NCBI GenBank assembly: GCA_949282135.1
Contig: CASDOR010000027.1
Location: 24,608-88,607, forward strand
Source of the DNA: an uncultured Christensenella sp.
Lineage (GTDB): Bacteria; Bacillota; Clostridia; Christensenellales; UBA1242
Reading direction: 5' to 3'
Length of the DNA stretch: 64,000 bases
Positions 1-9,685 of the stretch are shown one piece after another. A model generated the notes under the pieces. That model searched no databases, was not told the origin of the DNA, and was given only the letters and a program-made list of their open reading frames with translations. Each line of letters begins with the position of its first letter. Positions within the stretch are counted from its first letter, which is position 1. The position numbers were made by a program, and so were the translations under genes.

Positions 1-2
1 AC

Positions 3-392
3 ATAAAAGAACTAAATTCAAGTATTTCAAAATTAAACTTTTTGATTTTATCGCAAATTGATGATTATTATGCTAAACTTGATTTAGCCTCAAAGAAATT
101 AAATAACATTATTAACTCGTCTTTTGTTAAAAACGAGTATAGTTTGAAAGATAGTATTTCAAGGTTAAAAAATTTTAATAAGTTAGATGGTTTTGAAAAC
201 GAGCTTGAGACAAACTTTAATAAATTAAAGTCACTTGACGTACAAAGCATTTTAGATAGGGGATTTTCTAAGGTTATCATTAATAATAAAGTTGTAAATT
301 CTATTAGTGATATTAAAATGGATGATAAATTAAAAGTAGAATTTAAGGACGGTTATGTGCTTAGTCATGTTGATGAGATAAGGAGAAGATAA
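3..392 (+). CDS. xseA: Exodeoxyribonuclease VII large subunit, C-terminal part (5' end upstream of window)
   Basis: The frame is open from the window edge. The C-terminal tail (..SILDRGFSKV..VEFKDGYV..) is XseA-like. xseB, the conserved operon partner, follows 2 nt later. Confidence 0.75.
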   Translation: MKELNSSISKLNFLILSQIDDYYAKLDLASKKLNNIINSSFVKNEYSLKDSISRLKNFNKLDGFENELETNFNKLKSLDVQSILDRGFSKVIINNKVVNSISDIKMDDKLKVEFKDGYVLSHVDEIRRR

Positions 393-394
393 AA

Positions 395-607
395 ATGAGT
401 TTTGAAGAAAACAATAAAAAGTTAAGTGAGATAATTAAAAAATTAGAAAAAGAGAATCTTGGGATTGAAGAGAGTACAAAACTTTACGAAGAAGGTGTTA
501 AACTCGCTAAAGATTCATATAAGATTCTAAATGAAAGTAAGGGCAAAGTTACAATACTTAAAGAAGAATTAGATAAACTTCAAATTGATGATGAAGAGGA
601 AGAATAA
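395..607 (+). CDS. xseB: Exodeoxyribonuclease VII small subunit
   Basis: 70-aa helical acidic protein (FEENNKKLSEIIKKLEKENLGIEESTKLYEEGVKLAK) of typical XseB size and pattern. It sits directly after xseA. Confidence 0.85.
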   Translation: MSFEENNKKLSEIIKKLEKENLGIEESTKLYEEGVKLAKDSYKILNESKGKVTILKEELDKLQIDDEEEE

Positions 608-618
608 AAGGAGAAAAA

Positions 619-2334
619 ATGAGATTAAGTAAACTTGTTGGAGAAAGAACAAAAGATGCTCCAAGTGATGCAAAAATGAAAAATCATATTTTGCTTATTC
701 GTGCTGGATACATGAAGCAAGTTGCAAATGGAATTTATTCTTTGACTGCGCTTGGACAAAAAGCATGTCTTAATATTGAAAATATAATTAGGGAAGAAAT
801 GAATGCGTGTGAAGGGCAAGAAGTAAAATTTCCTGTTGTTATGCCAAAAGAGTTGTGGGATATGAGCGGTAGATATTCTTCAATTGGTGCAGAAATGGCA
901 AGATTTACAGATAGAACAGGCAGACAAATGCTTCTTGGTATGACACATGAGGAAGCAGCAGTTCATCTTGCAAAAAATTGGGTTAATAGCTATACTCAAC
1001 TTCCTTGCATGATTTATCAAATACAAACTAAGTTTAGAGATGAGCCTAGAAGTAGAGGTGGGCTTATTAGAGTAAGAGAGTTTACGATGAAAGATGCATA
1101 TTCCTTCCATATTTCACAAGATGACCTTGAAGATTATTATGACGTAATGTTTAAAGCATACGAAAGGATTTATAAAAGAATTGGACTACAAAATGTAATT
1201 TCCGTTAAAAGTGACAATGGTATGTTTGGAGGAACAGCATCTCATGAGTTTATGTATCTAAGTTCTATGGGCGAAGACGAGCTTGTAATTTGTCCTCATT
1301 GCGATTATAGAGCAAATCAAGAAGTTGCACAGTGTAAATATAACTTAGAGCCACAAGAAGATATGCTTCCTCTTGAAGAAGTTTTTACAGGAGAAGCAAA
1401 AGATATTGCAGAAGTTTCAAAATTTTTAAAAATGGATTCAAAAAAATGCATGAAGGCGGTGGTTTTTGCAATAAAAGGTGAGCAAGGCAGTGTGGTTTGC
1501 TTTATCAGAGGGGATAGGGATGTAAACGAGACAAAGCTAAGAAAGTTATGCGGTAAAGAGATTGTTCCTTACGATGCAACAAATGACCCTGATTTTTGTG
1601 CTGGGAATATTGGTCCATTAAACTTGCAAGCAAAAGATGCAAAAATTTATTTTGACCAAAGCCTTAAGGGACTTACAAACATGTCTACAGGGGCAAATAA
1701 AGAGAATTATCATTTTGTTAATTTTAATATTGAAAGGGATTATGGTAAAGTAGATTATTACGATATTTCAAAAGTTAAAAGTGAAGACCCATGTCCTGTT
1801 TGTGGGGCAAAACTTAATGTTTCAAATGGGATTGAGATTGGTAACATTTTTCAGCTTGGAACAAAGTACTCCAAGTCTATGGGGATGTTGGTTAAGACAA
1901 AAGATGAAAAAGAAATTAATCCAATTATGGGTTGCTATGGCATTGGAGTAGGTAGAAATTTAGCTTGTGTTATTGAAGAAAACTCGGACGAAAAAGGTAT
2001 ATGTATGCCACTTTCTATTGCGCCATATAAAGTGCATATTGTTCCTCTTAGACTTGATGACGAAAAAGTGGCAAGTATTACAAGTAAACTATATCATGAC
2101 TTGCAATCAAAAAAAATAGAAGTCCTAATTGATGATAGGGATGTTATGCCAGGAGTAAAATTTGCTGATGCTGACCTTATTGGTATGCCTATAAGAGTGC
2201 TTGTAAGCCCAAGAAGTTTAGTAAATAATCAAGTTGAAATTAAGCTTAGAAAAACTGGAGAAGTTTTTATGGTAGATGTTCAAGACGCATTATTAAAAAT
2301 TTTAGATATTATAGAAAATAATAAAGAAATCTAA
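619..2334 (+). CDS. proS: Prolyl-tRNA synthetase (bacterial type with insertion/editing domain)
   Basis: 571 aa with class II aaRS motifs (FRDEPRSRGGLIRVREFTMKDAYSF; GCYGIGVGR) and a C-terminal anticodon-binding domain. SD aaaggag lies upstream of the ATG. Confidence 0.95.
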   Translation: MRLSKLVGERTKDAPSDAKMKNHILLIRAGYMKQVANGIYSLTALGQKACLNIENIIREEMNACEGQEVKFPVVMPKELWDMSGRYSSIGAEMARFTDRTGRQMLLGMTHEEAAVHLAKNWVNSYTQLPCMIYQIQTKFRDEPRSRGGLIRVREFTMKDAYSFHISQDDLEDYYDVMFKAYERIYKRIGLQNVISVKSDNGMFGGTASHEFMYLSSMGEDELVICPHCDYRANQEVAQCKYNLEPQEDMLPLEEVFTGEAKDIAEVSKFLKMDSKKCMKAVVFAIKGEQGSVVCFIRGDRDVNETKLRKLCGKEIVPYDATNDPDFCAGNIGPLNLQAKDAKIYFDQSLKGLTNMSTGANKENYHFVNFNIERDYGKVDYYDISKVKSEDPCPVCGAKLNVSNGIEIGNIFQLGTKYSKSMGMLVKTKDEKEINPIMGCYGIGVGRNLACVIEENSDEKGICMPLSIAPYKVHIVPLRLDDEKVASITSKLYHDLQSKKIEVLIDDRDVMPGVKFADADLIGMPIRVLVSPRSLVNNQVEIKLRKTGEVFMVDVQDALLKILDIIENNKEI

Positions 2335-2515
2335 ACCTTTAACCTTTTAGTTTGTATGTAAAAACAATCATATATTTTAAATTTATAATAAAAGTTTTGA
2401 TATCTTAAATTTGATTGTGCTCTAAATTTTTAAAACTTACAAGAAACTAATAATTTATATAAATGCTTCATATATATAGATATGGGGCATTTTATTTTTT
2501 TGCGGGTAAAAATAT

Positions 2516-3130
2516 ATGGTTATAAAAAATAATTCAAATAAGGTAGAAATAGCAAAACTAAAAGAAAGAAAAAAGTATGTTTGGTTTGTAAAAATTAGCA
2601 TACTTGCATTTTGTTTGTCATTAATGTTAGCCTTATTTTCTGAATTAGTTTTAAACAGGGCGCATGTAATAGTAGCAATTATTTTACTAATAGTTTTTAT
2701 GCTCTTAAATGTATTTTCAGACATGCTTGGGCTTGCAATAACCTCCTGCCAAATTGAAGAATTAAAAAAACAAGTCAAAGATGAAAACCAACTAAATTTT
2801 TGTTTAAGACTTATAAAATCTTCTGATAAGGTTTCATCAATTCTTTGTGACGTGGTGGGGGATATCTGTGGAATCTTATGCGGTGTTAGCGGAACTATGA
2901 TTGCATATGTGTTAGCTAGAAGTATTCCTTTATCTAGTTTTAACATATTTATAGGGGCGTTTATTAGTGCATTAATTGCAGGTTTAACAGTCTTATTTAA
3001 GGCAATTTCAAAAAATTATGCAGTAAATCACTCAGCAAAAATTGTAAAAAAGATAGTAAATTTTTTGACTGGAGTAAAAATATTTAAAAAAAGAAAAAGC
3101 GATAAAATCCGCTTAAATAAAGGGAATTAG
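2516..3130 (+). CDS. Hypothetical polytopic membrane protein
   Basis: 204-aa ORF with several hydrophobic helices, in the same orientation as its neighbours. The overlapping minus-strand ORF 2455-2946 is low-complexity and was judged a shadow. No family recognised. Confidence 0.5.
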   Translation: MVIKNNSNKVEIAKLKERKKYVWFVKISILAFCLSLMLALFSELVLNRAHVIVAIILLIVFMLLNVFSDMLGLAITSCQIEELKKQVKDENQLNFCLRLIKSSDKVSSILCDVVGDICGILCGVSGTMIAYVLARSIPLSSFNIFIGAFISALIAGLTVLFKAISKNYAVNHSAKIVKKIVNFLTGVKIFKKRKSDKIRLNKGN

Positions 3131-3215
3131 AGGTTGCGAAAATATATAAATTTATATTTATACATAGTATAATTTATTTTTATTAGACAATTTGCATAAA
3201 TATAAATTTTTAAAA

Positions 3216-3229
3216 TGAATAATTATGCA
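3216..3229. promoter_or_regulatory. ARG-box-like operator upstream of argR
   Basis: TGAATAATTATGCA matches the ARG-box core TGAATwwwwATTCA at 13 of 14 positions. Related TGCATA half-sites lie at about 3192 and 3237. It sits about 80 nt upstream of argR, suggesting autoregulation. Confidence 0.4.
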
Positions 3230-3308
3230 AAAGGTATTGCATAATTATAACAAAAATTGTATAATCAAAACATACGAAAAGTATAAATATTTTCGGGGGT
3301 TTTGATTT

Positions 3309-3764
3309 ATGGCAAGAAGTAGTAGGCAGTCCAAGATTTTGGAACTTATTTCTCTTTATGAAATAGAGACGCAAGATGACCTTGTATCAAAATTAAAAGC
3401 AAGCCACTTTGATGTTACGCAAGCTACGATTAGCCGAGATATAAAAGAACTTGGTCTTATTAAAATCTTGTCAAATGAAACAGGCAAATATAAGTATGCT
3501 CTAACTGATACGCAAAGCCAAACCTCGAATAAGTACATATTTATGCTTAAGGAATCTATTATTTCTTTTAGGGTGGTAAATAATTTAATTGTTATTAAAA
3601 CTTTAAGAGGTCTAGCGGATAGTGTTTGTGCAATTTTTGATAGACTTAACCTTGAGCAAGTGCTGGGAATTGTTAATGGTATTGATACCGTTTTAATTGT
3701 TTTTCTTGATAATATTGAAGCGGAGTATTGTATTAAAAAAATAGAAGCGATAATTAATAATTAA
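3309..3764 (+). CDS. argR: Arginine repressor
   Basis: 151 aa with an N-terminal winged helix (SRQSKILELI..TQATISRDIKELGLIK) and a C-terminal oligomerisation domain. It occupies the conserved position upstream of recN. Confidence 0.9.
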   Translation: MARSSRQSKILELISLYEIETQDDLVSKLKASHFDVTQATISRDIKELGLIKILSNETGKYKYALTDTQSQTSNKYIFMLKESIISFRVVNNLIVIKTLRGLADSVCAIFDRLNLEQVLGIVNGIDTVLIVFLDNIEAEYCIKKIEAIINN

Positions 3765-3777
3765 TATTACTATTTTA

Positions 3778-3810
3778 AATAAAGCAAATAAAAATATTGC
3801 TTTATTTTTC
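3778..3810 (+). terminator. Rho-independent terminator after argR
   Basis: Stem AATAAAGCAA / TTGCTTTATT with a 9-nt loop, followed by a T-run. Confidence 0.6.
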
Positions 3811-3835
3811 ATTAGAACTTTGATATAATTATGTT

Positions 3836-5536
3836 ATGTTAAAAACACTTGATATTGAAAATGTTGCTTTGATAGATAGAGTGAGTCTTGATTTTTCTAA
3901 CAACTTAAATGTTTTAAGCGGAGAGACAGGGGCAGGTAAGAGTATTATTATAGACTCTTTAAATTTTGTTTTGGGTGGAAAAGCAAATAAGAATTTGATT
4001 AAGCAGAACTCTGATTTTATGAGAGTTGTTGCTTGTTTTTCTGCACCATTTATTATTGAAGTTGCAAATATTCTTGAGGAGTTTGACATTGAGTATGATG
4101 ATGAAATTGTTGTTTCTCGAAAACTAACTAAGGATGGCAAGGGAGATTTAAGGGTAAACGGTGTTATTGTTCCGGTGTCAAATTTTAAGAAAATTTCCAC
4201 ACTTCTTGTAGATATTCATGGACAGCACGAGCATCAAAAACTCCTAAAAGATACATATCATCTTGGAATAATAGATAACTTTATCAAAAATGATGGCTTG
4301 TTTAAGGAATACGATGGGGTTTATAAAAAGCTAAAAGATATTAATGCTGAAATAAAAAAACTAAATGGGTCTAGCGAAAATCAAGAGAGAATGTTAGATT
4401 TACTTAGTTATCAAATTAAAGAAATTGAGAATGCTGAGCTTAAAGAAAATGAAGATGAAATTCTTTCTCAAAAAAGACTTGTCATGCAAAATGCTGAAAA
4501 GATTTTTGAGGGACTTAACAATGCGTTTAATTGTTTTGATAAAAGTGGTGCATTAATTGAAAGTGCTAAAGATGCAAGTTCATATTTAAATAGCATTTCA
4601 AAATATGACGAATCTTTGCTTGAGGTGGCAGATAGGATTGATAGCATAAAATATGAGGCTATGGACATTGCTTCACTTCTTAAGGAAAAGAGGGGGGAGT
4701 GTGAATTTGATGAGTATGAGTTTGAAGAAGTTGACGAAAGGTTAGATAAAATAAAGCAATTAAAAAGAAAATATGGACCAACTTTACAAGATGTTTTTAA
4801 TTTTCTTGAAAAATCAAAAAAAGATTACGACGATATTCTAAATAGTCGTGAAAAGCTTGAAAAATGCCTAAAAGAAAAAAACAAGATATTGCAAGATTTA
4901 TTTTCACTTGCAAATAAATTGCATGACTTGCGTGTCTCCATTGCAAATGATTTTGAAAACAAGACTAATAAGGAACTGGCTGACCTTGGTATGAAGAGTG
5001 CGAGATTTAAAGTAGAGTTTAGTAGCGTTCCAGATTTTGACTCCTTTGAAAAGAAGATAAATTCAAATGGTTATGATGAGGTTAGGTTTTTGTTTTCTGC
5101 AAATGCTGGACAAGATCTTAGGCCGCTTAGCGAGGTTATTTCTGGAGGTGAGGCGAGTAGATTTATGCTAGCACTTAAAAACATATTAGCTGACGTTGAT
5201 AACATCTCGCTTATGGTCTTTGATGAAATTGATACAGGTATTAGTGGGGAAATGGGCTATAAGGTAGCTTGCAAGCTTGCAAATATATCTCGTAGTCACC
5301 AGGTTATATCAGTTTCTCATTTGCCTCAAATTTGTGCTATGGCAGATAAAAATATATTTGTAAAAAAAGAGACTATTAATAACAGCACTGTTGTTAGTGT
5401 CATTGATTTGAATTTTGATAATACTCTTGAGGAGATTGCTCGGCTTTCTGGAGGGGAACACAACAGCGATGTTTCCTTAGAGCATGCACGTGCCCTTAAA
5501 AATAGATGTGAAAGTTATAAGAAAAATATAGCCTAG
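3836..5536 (+). CDS. recN: DNA repair protein RecN
   Basis: 566 aa with an N-terminal Walker A (GETGAGKS), a long coiled-coil middle, and C-terminal signature/Walker B (SGGEASRFMLALK..LMVFDEIDTGISG). Confidence 0.95.
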   Translation: MLKTLDIENVALIDRVSLDFSNNLNVLSGETGAGKSIIIDSLNFVLGGKANKNLIKQNSDFMRVVACFSAPFIIEVANILEEFDIEYDDEIVVSRKLTKDGKGDLRVNGVIVPVSNFKKISTLLVDIHGQHEHQKLLKDTYHLGIIDNFIKNDGLFKEYDGVYKKLKDINAEIKKLNGSSENQERMLDLLSYQIKEIENAELKENEDEILSQKRLVMQNAEKIFEGLNNAFNCFDKSGALIESAKDASSYLNSISKYDESLLEVADRIDSIKYEAMDIASLLKEKRGECEFDEYEFEEVDERLDKIKQLKRKYGPTLQDVFNFLEKSKKDYDDILNSREKLEKCLKEKNKILQDLFSLANKLHDLRVSIANDFENKTNKELADLGMKSARFKVEFSSVPDFDSFEKKINSNGYDEVRFLFSANAGQDLRPLSEVISGGEASRFMLALKNILADVDNISLMVFDEIDTGISGEMGYKVACKLANISRSHQVISVSHLPQICAMADKNIFVKKETINNSTVVSVIDLNFDNTLEEIARLSGGEHNSDVSLEHARALKNRCESYKKNIA

Positions 5537-5846
5537 TCTATTTAAAAGTTGAGCATGAAAACCATGAAATTAGCATTTTAACTCTAACTTACATATTTTT
5601 AGCTATGTTAAAGAAGTATTATCATATTTTATCAGATGAAATCTCATGTAATGTATTTAGAGAGTATAGTTAAATAATGAATGGACATTAGGTATTGCAA
5701 TGCTGAATGGTTCGTATAATTTACATTAAAAGAGAAATATTTAAATTTGTCGTATAATAGTGGTTATTAATTAGTGTAAGATATATAATAAAAGTCATTA
5801 ACAAATTAAAATACATATTTTCAGTGAAAAAAATTAAACTAATACT

Positions 5847-7103
5847 ATGGCGAATGTTAAAACTAAGAGAAAAAAGTGGTTATTCACTATAGTTTTTTTG
5901 TGTATTATTGGAATAATTGTTTATGTTGTTGTAAACATTCCTTTTAGCAAGATTGTGATATTTGATAATCTTTCTTATGTTACGCAGGGAGAACTTGAAA
6001 ATTTAAAGCAAGAGGACTATTTTGGTCCTTTTATTTCCGCGCAGGTTAAAGAAAGTGAAGTAGTAAACACGTCAAGTCAAAATGATAAAAATGAATATGA
6101 GCCTGAAATAGAGTTTAAGCTTTTTAATCTTATACCGATAAAAAGTAAAAAAGTAAAATTAATAAAATCAGACAAGGTTTTAGCAGGTGGTACCGCAATT
6201 GGTTTAGTGCTAAAGACTGATGGTGTTTTAATAGTTGGAAGTAGTTTGGTTTCGACTCCGGAGGGAGAGGTTGATGTCTTAGAGGACAATGTTTTACAAG
6301 TTGGGGACATTATCAAACAAATTGAAAATGAAACAGTTGAAAATGTATCAAACATTTCAAAGATAATTAATGAGGAAAAAAACAAAAATAGAGAACTTGA
6401 GATAAAACTTCTTAGAAAAGGCAAAGAAATAACTACTCGAGTTAAACCTTGTTATGACGTAAAAAGCGAAGATTATAAATTAGGGGTCTGGGTTAGAGAT
6501 GACGCGTCTGGAATAGGTACTCTTACTTTCATTAGTGAAAACAATAGATTTGGAGCACTTGGTCATCCAATATGTGATAGTGATACGAAAAATAAGATTA
6601 GCTTAAAGGAGGGTAAGATTTACAACTGTTCCATTTTGGGGGTTAACAAGGGTAGGGCAGGCACTCCGGGGGAGATAAAAGGGCTTTTTATGCAAGGAAA
6701 GAAAGAACAAGGTGTAATTGAAAAAAATAACGATTATGGAGTTTTTGGAAATGTTACAAGTGACAGTAACTTAATTTCAAATTCTAAAGAGTATGAGGTG
6801 GGTGGAAGGCTTTCGGTAAAACCGGGTAAAGCTCAAATTAGGTGCTGTATTGATGGTGGTAAAGTAGAGACCTTTGATATAGAAATTATAAAAACCAACT
6901 TTCAGAATTACTCCAATGATAAAAGTATGGTCATTAGGGTGACTGACGAGGAGTTGATTAAACGAACAGGAGGAATAGTCCAAGGTATGAGCGGCAGCCC
7001 AATTATTCAGGAAGGGAAGATTGTTGGTGCGGTCACACACGTGTTTGTAAGTGATCCTTGTAAAGGGTTTGGGGTTTACATTGATTGGATGTTAAATCAA
7101 TAA
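5847..7103 (+). CDS. spoIVB: SpoIVB peptidase (S55 family)
   Basis: 418 aa with an N-terminal membrane anchor, a PDZ-like region, and S55 motifs (GIGTLTFI..FGALGHPI; GMSGSPIIQEGKIVGAVTHVF). Conserved recN-spoIVB-spo0A synteny supports the call. Confidence 0.85.
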   Translation: MANVKTKRKKWLFTIVFLCIIGIIVYVVVNIPFSKIVIFDNLSYVTQGELENLKQEDYFGPFISAQVKESEVVNTSSQNDKNEYEPEIEFKLFNLIPIKSKKVKLIKSDKVLAGGTAIGLVLKTDGVLIVGSSLVSTPEGEVDVLEDNVLQVGDIIKQIENETVENVSNISKIINEEKNKNRELEIKLLRKGKEITTRVKPCYDVKSEDYKLGVWVRDDASGIGTLTFISENNRFGALGHPICDSDTKNKISLKEGKIYNCSILGVNKGRAGTPGEIKGLFMQGKKEQGVIEKNNDYGVFGNVTSDSNLISNSKEYEVGGRLSVKPGKAQIRCCIDGGKVETFDIEIIKTNFQNYSNDKSMVIRVTDEELIKRTGGIVQGMSGSPIIQEGKIVGAVTHVFVSDPCKGFGVYIDWMLNQ

Positions 7104-7222
7104 TTTTAAAATATTTTTTAAAAAAATAAATATTTTTTAATAATTTTGTAAAAAATTGTAGACAAAAATTTTTACTTGTGGTAAACTTCCTTTGTTTTAA
7201 AATTTTTAAGGGAGTTTTTTAC

Positions 7223-7927
7223 ATGTATTATGGTGTTGAATTTTATTCAAAGAATAGAGATGTAATTCTTGCTGATAGAGTAAAAGAAGTTTTATCTCAT
7301 AAAGATTTAGGAGTCTTGTATATAGATGACATTGACGACTTTATTATTGAAAGGGACAATGTAATTAGATACTTAATAATAAACTTGGAAGAAGATATTA
7401 ATGGAAAGATTCTTGACTTGTTAAAGAAAATGTTAAATAAGGGTCTTCTTGATAGTGTTATTATAGTTAGTCAAACAAAAGTTTATTTTGGTGATGAATT
7501 TAGTTACTTACTAAAAGACGAAGATTTTGGACAAAACTTGAGTAATTTGTTTGATAATTTCTTAAGTAATGAAGAAGTTAAAAGTGAGGTGTTAACAAAA
7601 TCTCATAAGGCATTAATTAGTGAAACATTATATAATTGGGGACTTTCCTCAAAAGTTAATGGATTTGCAATGCTTGTTGATATCATTGATTATTATATAC
7701 ATAAGAGGTGTGTAATAAAAAGTTTGTCTAAAGAAGCATATGTTGCTATGGCACGGAGATATTCTGTAAGTACTATTTGTGTTGATATTAATGTTAATAA
7801 GGTTATTAAGCAGGCATCTAAAAATTTAGATAGGTTTTCTGTAGGTAAATTTACCACAAGTAAAAGTTTTATTGTTTATGCAACCATACAACTATATGAT
7901 AAAATTAAAAAAATGTACCAGGAATAA
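7223..7927 (+). CDS. Spo0A-like regulator with degenerate (pseudo-)receiver domain
   Basis: It occupies the position of spo0A after spoIVB. The C-terminal part (ISETLYNWGLSSKVNGFAMLVDIIDYY..SLSKEAYVAMARRYSVS..) follows the Spo0A_C pattern. The N-terminal part aligns to a receiver fold but lacks the acidic pocket. ATG 7223 is preferred over GTG 7178 because of SD aagggag. Confidence 0.45.
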   Translation: MYYGVEFYSKNRDVILADRVKEVLSHKDLGVLYIDDIDDFIIERDNVIRYLIINLEEDINGKILDLLKKMLNKGLLDSVIIVSQTKVYFGDEFSYLLKDEDFGQNLSNLFDNFLSNEEVKSEVLTKSHKALISETLYNWGLSSKVNGFAMLVDIIDYYIHKRCVIKSLSKEAYVAMARRYSVSTICVDINVNKVIKQASKNLDRFSVGKFTTSKSFIVYATIQLYDKIKKMYQE

Positions 7928-7962
7928 ATGTGGGATACTTGAATTTTTAGTATAATTTCATT

Positions 7963-8643
7963 TTGCTTTTTATATTTGTAATATTAAAATTTTATTCAAA
8001 AGTTATATTGGCCCTAGGTTTAAAGTATAAATATAATGTGATAAGTAATGGCTATTTTGGTGATGTTATAAAGAGGTTTTTCTCACTTAATAAGGCTCTT
8101 ATATTTTCAATAATTGTTGTGATAACTTTAGGTGTTACAACTGGCATTTTTTGTGCTTTAAAAAGTGAAGAAACTCTAACGATTGACTATATTCAAGGCT
8201 TTGTATTAAGAAATTTTTTAGATAAAAAATATTCCTTTTTTTCATACGTTTTTACTCGGTCTATAATTGCTTTCATTATTCTTTTTTTAATCTACTTTTT
8301 ATCATATCTAAAACTTGGCTATGTGATTTTCTTGCTTGGTGCTTTTTATTATAGTTATAGAATAGGCATAAACGTTTGCGTTATTATTTCAATATACAGT
8401 TTGCTTAAGGGAATTTTGGTTTCTATTTTAGGTTATTTTATTTTTGAGGTGTGTATTTTAGCTTTATTTATGATATTTGGGTTTAGAATGCTTTGCTTTA
8501 ACAAACAAATGAGTTTGTATGGTAACTGCTTAATTAAGGGTTGCGAATTAAGGCTTACATTATTTTTCTTTCTTCTAATTTCTATTTTAATAGTTCTTCA
8601 GGGGATTATTATTTCAATAATCTTTAAAATTTTTGTGTTTTAG
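7963..8643 (+). CDS. Polytopic membrane protein (possibly SpoIIM-like; start uncertain)
   Basis: 226-aa ORF with a TTG start and 5-6 hydrophobic helices. An alternative GTG start lies near 8038. The SpoIIM suggestion rests only on size, topology and neighbourhood. Confidence 0.35.
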   Translation: MLFIFVILKFYSKVILALGLKYKYNVISNGYFGDVIKRFFSLNKALIFSIIVVITLGVTTGIFCALKSEETLTIDYIQGFVLRNFLDKKYSFFSYVFTRSIIAFIILFLIYFLSYLKLGYVIFLLGAFYYSYRIGINVCVIISIYSLLKGILVSILGYFIFEVCILALFMIFGFRMLCFNKQMSLYGNCLIKGCELRLTLFFFLLISILIVLQGIIISIIFKIFVF

Positions 8644-8699
8644 TAGTCAAGATGGCTTTGTTGTGCTAAAATACTACTAAGGAGAAAGGAAGAATTAAC

Positions 8700-9518
8700 A
8701 TGTCTAATTATGTAGATACAGTTGTTGAATTTATTAATAAAAAGGTAAATGTTAAATTACATTCTACCGCTTTGATTTTAGGTAGTGGATTTTCTAGTTT
8801 TCTAGATTTTATAGAAGAAAAGGAAGAACTAAATTTTAGAGATATTCCTAATTTTAAGGTCTTAGGTGAAGACGTAAAAGAAAATAAATTTGTTTTTGGC
8901 AGGATAGGGAATAAGGATGTTATTTTGGTACTTGGTCGTATTCATTTCAATTTTGGGTACGAAAATAGTGACATAGCAAATCTAATTTTTATTTTAAAAG
9001 AACTTGGTTGTGATAATCTAATAATTAGTGCTTCGCTTGGGTCAATAAATCCAAAAATAAAGGTTGGAGATATTGTGACATGTGTTGACCACATTAATTT
9101 TAGTGGTAGGAATCCATTGTACAAATGTGAATATACAAAGTATGGAAACTTATTTGCCGATATGCTGACACCTTACAATACCCAAATGATTGATAGACTT
9201 ATAAGTGTTGCAAGAAGTGAACTTGGTATTAAGGTAAAAAAAGGTGTATTAATTGAATTTAATGGACCGAGTGTTGAAACGGTTAGTGAATCAAGATTTT
9301 CAAAGCTAATTGGTGCAGATTTTACAGGGTTTAATGTAGTAAATGAGGTTATTGCCTCAAAATATTGTTCACTTCCAGTAATTGTTGTAGGTCTTATCAC
9401 AAATTACGGGTCATATTTTGCAGAAAACGGTGTAAAGCATGCAGATATAGTTCACAATAGGTCGTATGCTAGTAACTATTATTTAAAGCTTTTAAAAACT
9501 TATATTGAAAATCTTTAG
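8700..9518 (+). CDS. punA: Purine nucleoside phosphorylase family protein (divergent)
   Basis: 272 aa. PNP/PunA-type pattern ILGSGFSSF .. GRIHFNFGY .. GPSVETVSE .. LITNYG is recognisable. Several positions around the phosphate site differ from the canonical GRFHxYEG / VGMS. Confidence 0.6.
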   Translation: MSNYVDTVVEFINKKVNVKLHSTALILGSGFSSFLDFIEEKEELNFRDIPNFKVLGEDVKENKFVFGRIGNKDVILVLGRIHFNFGYENSDIANLIFILKELGCDNLIISASLGSINPKIKVGDIVTCVDHINFSGRNPLYKCEYTKYGNLFADMLTPYNTQMIDRLISVARSELGIKVKKGVLIEFNGPSVETVSESRFSKLIGADFTGFNVVNEVIASKYCSLPVIVVGLITNYGSYFAENGVKHADIVHNRSYASNYYLKLLKTYIENL

Positions 9519-9685
9519 ACTATTTAAAGTTAAATCTAGTTTATTTTGATGGTATTATAAAAGTTGTTAATAATGTAAAAATGTAGATTAGAATTGCTTT
9601 TTTAAAAAAAACATCAATAACAAAATTAAGGTTTTATAAATATTTTTTATAAAAAAGCAGAGAATAAGTAAAAAGGGGTTAGAAT

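Noticed and set aside
3829-4200. Long antisense 'shadow' ORFs inside well-supported genes (also 12941-13417, 35963-36430, 37282-37815, 10510-10881, 24555-24887, 59188-59547 and others)
   Set aside because: Each lies opposite a gene with clear family motifs. Their products are low-complexity S/F/L/I-rich sequences, typical of stop-poor antisense frames in AT-rich DNA.
7178-7222. GTG start at 7178 for the Spo0A-like gene
   Set aside because: The extra 15 codons (MVNFLCFKIFKGVFY) overlap the likely promoter and SD. ATG 7223 has a well-placed aagggag SD.
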